Origin: an uncultured delta proteobacterium
GTDB taxonomy: Bacteria > Desulfobacterota > Desulfomonilia > UBA1062
DNA length: 64,000 nt
NCBI GenBank assembly: GCA_963785235.1
Contig: CAWAUM010000005.1
Span: 160,001-224,000, forward strand
Reading direction: 5' to 3'
Numbering within the stretch: position 1 is the stretch's first letter; each line of letters starts with the position of its first letter. Position numbers and translations under genes: made by a program. Below are positions 34,645 to 43,029 of this stretch, in pieces. The notes under the pieces were generated by a model. The model worked only from the letters and a program-made list of their open reading frames with translations, made no database searches and was not told where the DNA came from.

Positions 34645-35268
34645 ATGAACATACGTAAGGAAGGTTTCCCGTTTATTGCAATCGCCACTGCCCTGTTCGG
34701 GCTGTTTTTTCTTACAGGCAAGCTAGCATTGCGCCTTCTGGGTCTCGTCCCTGTGCTCTTTGTCACCTGGTTCTTCCGGGACCCGGACCGGAGGGTGCCT
34801 GACGAGAAAGGGATTGTCGTCTCCCCTGCAGATGGTAAGGTTATCGAGGTCTATCAGACTGAAGATGGCAAAGTTGGACCGTGCACCAAGGTAGCGGTCT
34901 TCATGTCGGTATTCAGTGTTCATGTGAACCGCGCGCCAATGTCCGGAACAGTTCTGGAAGTACTCTACAAGCCCGGGGCGTTTCATGTAGCCAGCCTTGG
35001 CAAAAAGACCGAGGCGAACGAACGGATGATCACCTATATCGCTACCGATGACGGCATATTCAGGGTTGACCAGGTGGCAGGGCTTATCGCGCGGAGGATC
35101 ATATGCTGGCTTACACCTGGAGATAAGGTGATCCAGGGAGACAGGATCGGGCTTATCAGGTTCGGGTCGCTCCTTGAATGTTATCTACCAAAAGGTTATA
35201 CCGCGACCTGTGAGTGCGGGCAAATGGTACAAGCCGGAACAAGTGTGATCGGAAGGAGGAGCACATGA
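34645..35268 (+). CDS. psd: Phosphatidylserine decarboxylase proenzyme
   Basis: FFRDPDR, SPADG, VHVNRAP, IRFGS cleavage motif. Confidence 0.93.
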   Translation: MNIRKEGFPFIAIATALFGLFFLTGKLALRLLGLVPVLFVTWFFRDPDRRVPDEKGIVVSPADGKVIEVYQTEDGKVGPCTKVAVFMSVFSVHVNRAPMSGTVLEVLYKPGAFHVASLGKKTEANERMITYIATDDGIFRVDQVAGLIARRIICWLTPGDKVIQGDRIGLIRFGSLLECYLPKGYTATCECGQMVQAGTSVIGRRST

Positions 35269-36083
35269 GACCGCTGAGAAAAAGACGTGAGGTAATTGAG
35301 AAACGGAAGAGGTCAGTGCCTTTTTTGCCGAATTTCATCACCACCATGAGTCTGTTCTGCGGCTTCTACTCCATCATGTTCTCTCTGAAGGCCGATTTTC
35401 ATAAGGCAGCTATTTTTATCATCATAGCTGCCTTTATAGATGGACTCGACGGGAGGGTGGCCCGTATGACGAACACCACCTCTGAGTTCGGCAAACAGTA
35501 TGATTCGCTTTCAGACCTGGTTGCCTTCGGTGTTGCTCCTGCCATAATGGTTTATCTCTGGCAGCTCAATGCCTTCGGCAGGCTGGGCTTCATCGCAACC
35601 TTCCTTTTTGTGGCCTGCGGGGCGTTGCGTCTGGCAAGGTTTAATGTTGACACATCAGGATCCATGACAAACTTTACCGGGCTTCCCATTCCGGTTGCCG
35701 CGGCCGGGGTGACCTGCACCTATCTGTTGACCGAGGAGATTGCCTCGATGATAGGGGTAACTATGACACTGGCGCCGGTGACGATCCTCATAGGTGTATA
35801 CATCCTGTCATTTCTTATGGTGAGCAACATCCCCTACCCGAGCTTCAAGCATGTCAACTACATCAAGGCGCATCCGTTCCAGCTTCTTGTAGCAGGTGTC
35901 CTGCTGCTCGGGGCTGTAGCGCTGAGACCTGAGATTATGCTCTTCGCCCTGGCCATGGCATTTATTGTGGGAGGGGCGCTTTGGAGTGGCTTAATGTACA
36001 TGATTCAGGCAAGAAATGAGAAGAAAGGGATAATAAAAGAAGATACCCATGAAGGCGTCGCAGGACATGATAATCATATTTGA
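35265..36083 (+). CDS. pssA: CDP-diacylglycerol--serine O-phosphatidyltransferase
   Basis: DGLDGRVAR..FGKQYDSLSD; LRLARFN. Confidence 0.93.
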   Translation: MRPLRKRREVIEKRKRSVPFLPNFITTMSLFCGFYSIMFSLKADFHKAAIFIIIAAFIDGLDGRVARMTNTTSEFGKQYDSLSDLVAFGVAPAIMVYLWQLNAFGRLGFIATFLFVACGALRLARFNVDTSGSMTNFTGLPIPVAAAGVTCTYLLTEEIASMIGVTMTLAPVTILIGVYILSFLMVSNIPYPSFKHVNYIKAHPFQLLVAGVLLLGAVALRPEIMLFALAMAFIVGGALWSGLMYMIQARNEKKGIIKEDTHEGVAGHDNHI

Positions 36084-36099
36084 TGCAACGAGGAGATAA
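36049..36099 (+). pseudogene. Vestigial 5' end of leuA (2-isopropylmalate synthase)
   Basis: 16-codon ORF MKASQDMIIIFDATRR resembles the LeuA N-terminus (IIIFDTTLRDG) and sits at the expected position between pssA and leuC. Confidence 0.55.
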
Positions 36100-36104
36100 T
36101 ACCT

Positions 36105-37370
36105 GTGGGAATGACTATAGCCGAAAAGATCCTGGCTGCGCATTCGCAGGTTGAAGTATTTCAGCCGGGAGACATTATAAAGGTTAATGTGGACGTGGCT
36201 CTGGCTAACGATATCACTGCGCCCATTGCCATTCAGGCCGTAAAGGAAAGCGGTGTTGAAAAGATTGCTTACGCCGATAAGGTCGTGTTCGTTCTCGATC
36301 ACTTCACGCCCAACAAGGACATCGCCTCTGCCAACCAGTGCAAGTATGTTCGGGATTTTGCACACCAGCAGGCCATCGAAAAATTTTTCGACGGCGGCGA
36401 GGCTGGCGTCGAGCATGCCCTGCTCCCTGAGAAAGGCCTTGTGCTGCCAGGCGACCTCATCATCGGGGCTGACAGCCACACCTGCACCTACGGCGCCCTG
36501 GGCGCGTTTGCAACAGGCGTAGGCAGCACGGACCTTGCTGGCGCCATGATAACAGGCCAGGCATGGATGAAGGTGCCTCGTACCATGAAGTTCGTCTTCA
36601 ACGGCACACTTCAGCCGTGGGTGGGAGGCAAGGACCTCATCCTGTATCTCATCGGCAAGATCGGGGTGGACGGCGCCCTGTACAAGGTCATGGAGATGGA
36701 AGGCCCTGCCATTTCGGCTTTAGAGCTTTCCGACCGCTTGAGCATGTCCAATATGGCAATCGAGGCAGGGGCCAAGGCAGGCATCATGGCTGCTGATGAA
36801 AAGACGATAAACTATGTCAAAGCACGCGCCACCAGGGGGTATACGGTTTTCAAGAGTGATGCGGATGCGGTTTATGATTCTCTCACCACCTTTGACTGCG
36901 GTGAAATAGAGCCCCAGGTGGCATTCCCCCACCTGCCTGAAAACGCAAGAGGTATCAGCGAGGCAGGGGAGGTAAGGATCGACCAGGTGGTTATCGGTTC
37001 GTGCACCAACGGGCGTATTGAAGATCTGCGCATTGCTGCACAGATCATGAAGGGCAACAAAGTGGCAAAGGGCCTGCGCTGCCTTATCCTGCCGGCAACA
37101 CCCGAGGTGTATGGCCGGGCCTTGGCCGAGGGAATCATTGACATCTTTCTCAAGGCCGGCTCCATCATCGGACCGCCCACGTGCGGCCCATGTCTGGGCG
37201 GACACATGGGCATCCTTGCCAAGGGCGAAAAGGGGCTTGCCACCACGAACCGGAACTTTGTTGGCAGGATGGGAGACACGGCAAGCGAGGTCTACCTCTG
37301 CGGGCCTGCTGTTGCAGCGGCCTCAGCTGTGACAGGCAAGATATCCGCGCCCCAGGAGGTGGTGAAATGA
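36105..37370 (+). CDS. leuC: 3-isopropylmalate dehydratase large subunit
   Basis: DSHTCTYG, IGSCTNGR, CGPCLG, TNRNF. Confidence 0.95.
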   Translation: MGMTIAEKILAAHSQVEVFQPGDIIKVNVDVALANDITAPIAIQAVKESGVEKIAYADKVVFVLDHFTPNKDIASANQCKYVRDFAHQQAIEKFFDGGEAGVEHALLPEKGLVLPGDLIIGADSHTCTYGALGAFATGVGSTDLAGAMITGQAWMKVPRTMKFVFNGTLQPWVGGKDLILYLIGKIGVDGALYKVMEMEGPAISALELSDRLSMSNMAIEAGAKAGIMAADEKTINYVKARATRGYTVFKSDADAVYDSLTTFDCGEIEPQVAFPHLPENARGISEAGEVRIDQVVIGSCTNGRIEDLRIAAQIMKGNKVAKGLRCLILPATPEVYGRALAEGIIDIFLKAGSIIGPPTCGPCLGGHMGILAKGEKGLATTNRNFVGRMGDTASEVYLCGPAVAAASAVTGKISAPQEVVK

Positions 37371-37861
37371 ACTTTAAAGGAAGGGCTTTCAAATTCGGCA
37401 ACGACGTGGACACCGATGCCATCATCCCGGCCCGGTACCTGAGCACCTCAGACCCCGAGACATTGAAAAAGCACTGCATGGAAGATGCCGATCCCGAGTT
37501 TCCCGGCAAGGTAAAGAAGGGCGACATCATCGTTGCAGGCAAGAACTTCGGGTGCGGGTCATCCCGCGAGCATGCACCTATCGCCATCAAGGCATGCGGG
37601 GTCAGTTGCGTCATAGCGCCGAGTTTTGCGCGAATCTTTTTCCGCAACAGCTTCAACATGGGGCTTCCCATCTTTGAATCGGACGAGGCGGCTACCGCCA
37701 TTGCCGAGGGCGATACGGTGGAGGTGGACGCTGACAGCGGTCTCATAAAGGATCTCACCACCGGGAGCCAATTTCAGGCACGCCCAATACCGTCGTTCAT
37801 GCAGGAGCTCATTGCTGACGGCGGGCTGATGGAACATATCCAGAAGACTGGGGGTATCTAG
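37367..37861 (+). CDS. leuD: 3-isopropylmalate dehydratase small subunit
   Basis: DVDTDAIIP, NFGCGSSREHA, SFARIFFRN. Confidence 0.95.
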   Translation: MNFKGRAFKFGNDVDTDAIIPARYLSTSDPETLKKHCMEDADPEFPGKVKKGDIIVAGKNFGCGSSREHAPIAIKACGVSCVIAPSFARIFFRNSFNMGLPIFESDEAATAIAEGDTVEVDADSGLIKDLTTGSQFQARPIPSFMQELIADGGLMEHIQKTGGI

Positions 37862-38297
37862 CTCTTTTCGCCCTGGAAGTTGTTATAGAGTTTTTCTCGA
37901 ATTTGCAGATATTAGAGGGGGCATAGTGCCGGTTATCATTTTTGAGCTTTTCCTGTGGTCTGTGTTCCTTGCGAATCTATTTCTTGCGGGTCATCACTTT
38001 CAAGAAATATGAAAAACCATAAAGTTATCGCGTGAGATCAATGGTTTCAAGATTTAAAGAATAGTTGACCCACTACCTATTATATTCTTCTCTTGAAACA
38101 ACTTTACTCTTGAAGGGACGATTTATTATTGCTATATAATAATGACGTTTCATTACTTGATATGAGTAGGAGGAATTCTCGTCGTGGCCTGTAGGAATAT
38201 GAAATTGAGAATTCGTATTAACAATAGATTAAACACATTATTATTGCATTCAATATGGTCTGCATTTTTCTTCAGATGAACTGTTAGAGGTATCACT

Positions 38298-38885
38298 ATG
38301 ATAATACTAAAAAGCATTCTTGTAATGATTCTAACTTTTACAGCCCTGCTCCCAACCTTGGGTTTTAGTACAGTATTGCAGGTGACCTGGAGTGCTAATA
38401 CCGAGAACGACCTGGCAGGTTATAAAGTATACTGCGGTACTCAATCAAAAATCTATGGACAGCCTATTGATGTTGGAAAAGCAAGAAGCTATCAGATCAA
38501 TAATGTCCTGGGCGGAACTTCCTACTATGTGTCATTGACTGCCTATGACACCTCTGGAAATGAATCAGCCAAATCAGGAGAAAAGAGTATAAATGTCCCT
38601 TATACCATTACTCTTGTTTCTCCTTCTAATGGTGCAACTTGCTCGTCAAATCCGACGCTTACATGGATGGGGAATGGGTTCAAGAGCTATAGGGTATTTA
38701 TCTCCATCACCGGTGGGTTGATCTACACCCAGGTCTACTCAGGAAGCAATACCTGCACCACACTTGATCCATTCCTGATTTGGCTCTTTATCCCACCGTT
38801 CATCCCTGTTACCTGGTATGTTGAGGGAACAACTTTGAATGGTCAGATCATAAATAGCAAAAGCAGTACGTTCACCAAGAGATAA
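38298..38885 (+). CDS. Secreted fibronectin type III domain protein
   Basis: Signal peptide; WSANTENDLAGYKVY...YYVSLTAYDTSGNES. Confidence 0.8.
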   Translation: MIILKSILVMILTFTALLPTLGFSTVLQVTWSANTENDLAGYKVYCGTQSKIYGQPIDVGKARSYQINNVLGGTSYYVSLTAYDTSGNESAKSGEKSINVPYTITLVSPSNGATCSSNPTLTWMGNGFKSYRVFISITGGLIYTQVYSGSNTCTTLDPFLIWLFIPPFIPVTWYVEGTTLNGQIINSKSSTFTKR

Positions 38886-38992
38886 GTATACCTTAACAAT
38901 TAACAAGAATTTCAAAATTGATCAGGAGATCATCTGTTTTAGGATTTCTCAAGACCTTGATGATATAGCAGTTATGTTCACTACGATAAAAG

Positions 38993-39331
38993 TTATGAAT
39001 CCTTGGATTTCAGATTTATGCGTATAAGAAAGCTTTCCGTATCAGACATATCGCCGATAATCTTTCTCAGTGGCTGGGGGAGTTTCTTGATGAGCGTTGG
39101 TGTGGCAATAATCTGCTCTTCCTGGGCCAGCTTGGGCTGCTGGTAGATGTCTATCACCTCAAGTTCGTAGCGGCCTTCCAGGTAGGTTTCACAGAGTTTT
39201 TTGACCTTGGTGATTGCTTCGGTTGACTTTGGGGTCATCCCTGTAACATACAGCTGAAGGACATGCTTCGCCTGGTCTCGCAATGCTGCCGCTTTTTCAA
39301 ATTCCTTAGTGCTCGTTTTCACTCTCTTCAT
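38993..39331 (-). CDS. kaiB: KaiB family protein
   Basis: LQLYVTGMTPKS..ELEVIDIYQQP.LA...IIATPTLIK.LP.P.R.IIGDMSD. Confidence 0.9.
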   Translation of the reverse strand: MKRVKTSTKEFEKAAALRDQAKHVLQLYVTGMTPKSTEAITKVKKLCETYLEGRYELEVIDIYQQPKLAQEEQIIATPTLIKKLPQPLRKIIGDMSDTESFLIRINLKSKDS

Positions 39332-39471
39332 CTATGTCTCTGTTTCACCAAATTGATTTTTCACTTCATCAAGCCATAGGTAAGTCTAACTATCTTAATA
39401 CTGAGCTTGGTCAAGTCAAGGTATTCATCGGGACAGGGAAGAGGTGACAGAGCTGACCAACTGAAAAATGA

Positions 39472-39487
39472 TGGCAAAAACCATGCA
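39472..39487 (+). promoter_or_regulatory. Candidate sigma54 -24/-12 promoter
   Basis: TGGCAAAAACCATGCA (GG-N10-GC), about 85 nt upstream of the peptide ORF. Confidence 0.5.
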
Positions 39488-39570
39488 ACATATTTTCTTC
39501 TACTTAATTAAAACCCTTATCACTATATGTTCCATCTAAAATTATGACAAAGTAATAAAGGAGGCATATT

Positions 39571-39642
39571 ATGGAAAATTGTTTAGAGTGTATAAAAGAT
39601 GGTGGTGGAGAAGGTTGTCTACCTTTATGCAAATTAGATTAA
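39571..39642 (+). CDS. 23-aa four-cysteine peptide (not in the ORF track)
   Basis: AAAGGAGG RBS 6 nt upstream; MENCLECIKDGGGEGCLPLCKLD*; terminator hairpin immediately after the stop. Confidence 0.7.
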   Translation: MENCLECIKDGGGEGCLPLCKLD

Positions 39643-39645
39643 TTA

Positions 39646-39678
39646 ATAAAGGGGGAATCAATTAAATTCCCCCTTTAT
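39646..39678 (+). terminator. Intrinsic terminator-like hairpin
   Basis: ATAAAGGGGGAAT-N7-ATTCCCCCTTTAT, 13-bp perfect stem. Confidence 0.75.
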
Positions 39679-39956
39679 CAAATCCCTTTCCTGATGATTA
39701 TGTGCTGAACTGTGGAGTCTTAAATAATATGTTCTATGTGTAGATTTCGTTATGGTCTGGGATGAAGTGATCTTCATATGTTTCAAACAAAGATCATAGT
39801 TTTTAGGGCCTTTGGAATGCACCAAGTTATCGCAGAAATCTCTGGTTCATGATCTGAGATTGCGGCCGAACATTACGAGATTACGCAGTTATTTCTAAGC
39901 AATTAATTTACTAAGTCCAGGCAATAACAGCTTCGAATAGAGGTGTTTTCAAGCCT

Positions 39957-41012
39957 TCACATGAAGTTGGACAGCTTGAACATGACCAGGAAGGGTATGG
40001 TAGGGAGTTTTTCCCTATGCGCCCCGAACACCTTCGTTTCTGTGCCGCCGAACCGTGATTTGGTGAAATACAGCCCCTTGAAGCTGAATATCCAGTTGCC
40101 ATAATTGTACAGGAGACGATTGATCTTTTTCTGTATGCCCGATTCGCAGGGCATGTCATCATCTTCGATCACCAGGGGGCACAGGCCGAGGTTGATATGC
40201 TCCACGCCTTCAAGTTTGAATACCTCCATGGCATGGTTCATGAGCGGGTAGAAGATGCCCGATTTAAATCTGTTGGAAAAACGAGAAATGTTGGGTACAT
40301 AGCCGATGATGCGGTTATCGGAATAGATGGGATCGAAAAAGATGAATCCCACAAGTTCTCCGTTCAGATATGCATAGAATTTTCTCGTTCCCTCTTCATA
40401 TTCCATTTCCATGGGTCTTATGAGGAACCCGATCTCGCGGTTTCTTACCTTGCGTGTCTTCAACCATTCACCCGTAAGCTGACGGCATCCATTGCCGGGG
40501 CAGTCTTCGCTGAAGACAACCCCTTCTTTCCTGGCATGATTTACCGATGTCCTTATGATCTGCTTTTTCTTGCCTTTCAGGTCCCAATTTTCGAGATCCA
40601 GCAGGATTTCGACCCCGAATTGAGTGGCATAAAATCCGAATCTATTGTGGAGCAGCATTGCCGTTTCTTCTGAGATCTGCACAAAGGTTGTATGCGTGCC
40701 GCCTTTGAGAAATTCCCTGAGCAGAATCTCTCGGTCCTTCATGTCGCAAACGGGATCAGCGAGTGATAAACGATTACCCCATTTTTCTCTGAAGGCCATA
40801 AAGCCTAGGCCGGGTACGTCGAAATAGTGCATTTCAGGCTGAAGAATTGAAAAGGACATACAATGGGTTCCATACTTCCTGAGGTATGAAAGCCGTTCTT
40901 CAAGGGTAAAGAGATCAACCCCTCCCGTGATCCTTGGCCGGTAGAGGTCTATGGGAACAATCTTGGCCCTCGAAATGTCTGCACGTGGTTTAGTCTGTGC
41001 CAGAGTACTCAC
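39957..41012 (-). CDS. Stand-alone DUF2156 / MprF-synthase-like (aminoacyl-tRNA-dependent GNAT) protein
   Basis: LADPVC, LKGKKKQIIRTSVNHA, GFIFFDP, FKLEG.EHINLGLCPL, FSFKGLYFTKSRF; no flippase TM domain. Confidence 0.75.
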   Translation of the reverse strand: MSTLAQTKPRADISRAKIVPIDLYRPRITGGVDLFTLEERLSYLRKYGTHCMSFSILQPEMHYFDVPGLGFMAFREKWGNRLSLADPVCDMKDREILLREFLKGGTHTTFVQISEETAMLLHNRFGFYATQFGVEILLDLENWDLKGKKKQIIRTSVNHARKEGVVFSEDCPGNGCRQLTGEWLKTRKVRNREIGFLIRPMEMEYEEGTRKFYAYLNGELVGFIFFDPIYSDNRIIGYVPNISRFSNRFKSGIFYPLMNHAMEVFKLEGVEHINLGLCPLVIEDDDMPCESGIQKKINRLLYNYGNWIFSFKGLYFTKSRFGGTETKVFGAHREKLPTIPFLVMFKLSNFM

Positions 41013-41054
41013 GTAGGTGTATCTCCTTTTAAGGTTTTTCTAATCAACAATATC

Positions 41055-42662
41055 CTAGCGGTTTTTCCCCAAACGCTCATGGCTCGTGACCCAGTCCAGC
41101 GATGCGATGGCTCCGGCAAGGGAGATCTCACCGGCCGTTGCTGCAGCGGCAACGATCTCTGCAAATTTCAAGACCTTGCCCTGGCCATAACAGTCAAGTG
41201 ATTCCAGGCATTCACGCTGGGTGGGCAGCCCCGTACCGCCGCCATATGTGGCCACGATCAGAGAGGTAAGTGTCAGCGACCCATAAAAATCACCTTCCGG
41301 TGTGACCTCGGTACATACCATACCGGCAGATGATTCGGATACGTTCGCCACATCCTGGCCCGTTGCCATGAAGATTGCGGCCAGGGCATTGGCTGCATGG
41401 AGACCGTTACTCGAAGCACCTGCCATGAAGGCCCCGGTCTGGCAGGCCCTGCATAGGTAATCCAGCGTAACAGGGTCAACCCTCATATGCTGGATCATTA
41501 CCTCTTTCGGGATGTGGATCTCGCCAATGACCCTCTTGCCGCGGGTGATCAGGTTGTTGATGAAAGAGGCCTTCTTGTCAGTGGAGATGTTTCCGTCCAG
41601 ATAGAAGTGACGAACTGTATTCACCTGGGAGAGTATCCAGTTGGATGCCGTGTATGTACACATGCTGACCATGTTTTGTCCGGCGGCATCGCCGGTGAAG
41701 TAGTTGAATCTAACGTATACGAGCCTGCTGGCCATATACTTCTCTATAGACAGGAGCTTTGCAACCTTTGAGGCGGACTCGGCATGCATCCTGATCTCAT
41801 CCATATGTTCATCGATCCACAGCATGAAGTCCCTGCCTTCACGTGCCGAATCGAAGGCAAATGCCGGCGAGCGCTGCATGTGATCTTCAACTACGGTAAC
41901 CTTTACGCCCCCGCACATATTGATGAGTTTCATCCCCCGGCTATAGGATGCCACCAGACTTCCTTCGCTCGTGCACATGGGGATGAAGAATTCACCCTTG
42001 GCATGTTCGCCATTAACCTTGAGCGGTCCGGCAAACCCCAGGGGGATCTGCGCCACGCCGGTGAAATTCTCAATATTTCCCTTGGTGAGGATGGGGTCAA
42101 AGGAATGTTGCTTTATATGCTTGAACTGGGCGCCGGTGTACCCTTCTAAAAACTCCTGCCGCTGCCGGACAATATCCATGTTGTAGTTGTCAAGCTTGTC
42201 ATAGGGCATCTTCTTCTGGGCTTCTCTGGCCTCGATGACTGAGTCTGAGGCCTCCAGATCCAGTAATCCATAAAGATCAGTGTGGAAGGATATGGTTATA
42301 GTGTGCTGTGTGTTTTTTGCTAACGCCGTTGTCCGCACAGTGAATTCCACATCTTCGCCCATGGGGAAAGCAAGGGGTTGTTCCGGGTTTATCAGGGGGG
42401 CATTGAGGCAGGTTCCATTGCTCTTCATGGTTATGTCATCCAATGCGATTTCAAGCCCGTTGATGGAGATGCCAGCGAGTTCGGTGATCAGGGCATCCTT
42501 CATGGGGTTTTTCATGGAGAAATACACACCGTCATCAAGGTTTTTCAAGGTCCCGATAGAATAGATCTTCTTCATAATGATCGGTGGTATGGCAACATGA
42601 CTCTTGTTCTCTTGAGTATTGCGGATCAGCACAAGCCCTGACTCTTTTGTTGTATTGCCCAT
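41055..42662 (-). CDS. Class I-like HMG-CoA reductase homologue with a ~150-aa N-terminal extension
   Basis: GNIENFTG..IPLG.AGPL, PMCTSEGSLVASYSRG, TGDAAGQNM, DKK, GQDVA, TYGGGTGLPTQ and C-terminal SH. Confidence 0.88.
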   Translation of the reverse strand: MGNTTKESGLVLIRNTQENKSHVAIPPIIMKKIYSIGTLKNLDDGVYFSMKNPMKDALITELAGISINGLEIALDDITMKSNGTCLNAPLINPEQPLAFPMGEDVEFTVRTTALAKNTQHTITISFHTDLYGLLDLEASDSVIEAREAQKKMPYDKLDNYNMDIVRQRQEFLEGYTGAQFKHIKQHSFDPILTKGNIENFTGVAQIPLGFAGPLKVNGEHAKGEFFIPMCTSEGSLVASYSRGMKLINMCGGVKVTVVEDHMQRSPAFAFDSAREGRDFMLWIDEHMDEIRMHAESASKVAKLLSIEKYMASRLVYVRFNYFTGDAAGQNMVSMCTYTASNWILSQVNTVRHFYLDGNISTDKKASFINNLITRGKRVIGEIHIPKEVMIQHMRVDPVTLDYLCRACQTGAFMAGASSNGLHAANALAAIFMATGQDVANVSESSAGMVCTEVTPEGDFYGSLTLTSLIVATYGGGTGLPTQRECLESLDCYGQGKVLKFAEIVAAAATAGEISLAGAIASLDWVTSHERLGKNR

Positions 42663-42749
42663 TCGTTTTCCCTCTCGTTGAAGTATGAGATTTTATCCCA
42701 GCCAGTAATTATACGTTTTCAGATAGAGATAATGCCAAACTTATTTTTA

Positions 42750-42765
42750 ATCAAAAATCATGCCA
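42750..42765 (-). promoter_or_regulatory. Candidate sigma54-type promoter of the HMGR-DUF2156 unit
   Basis: Minus-strand TGGCATGATTTTTGAT (GG-N10-GA); inverted repeat AATCTTCTT-N12-AAGAAGATT at 42864-42893 as a possible UAS. Confidence 0.45.
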
Positions 42766-43029
42766 GGGAAAAGACAGGGTGAATATGGCAATAACCAACT
42801 GAATATACAAAAGATAAATATAACATTGTATCCATATGTAAATAATTCAATATGTGTAGAGGAAATCTTCTTCCGTTCTAAGAGAAGAAGATTCCTTTTC
42901 ATGTCAAGCCAACGCGTGGGATTACATCAAAAACTGTAATTTAAGTGAGTTGTTTTCAGTTCATTTAGTGTTAGTGCCGCATCCTTTTTTCTGCTAATAA
43001 CTTGCTACGATAATATCTGGAGAAAGCCT

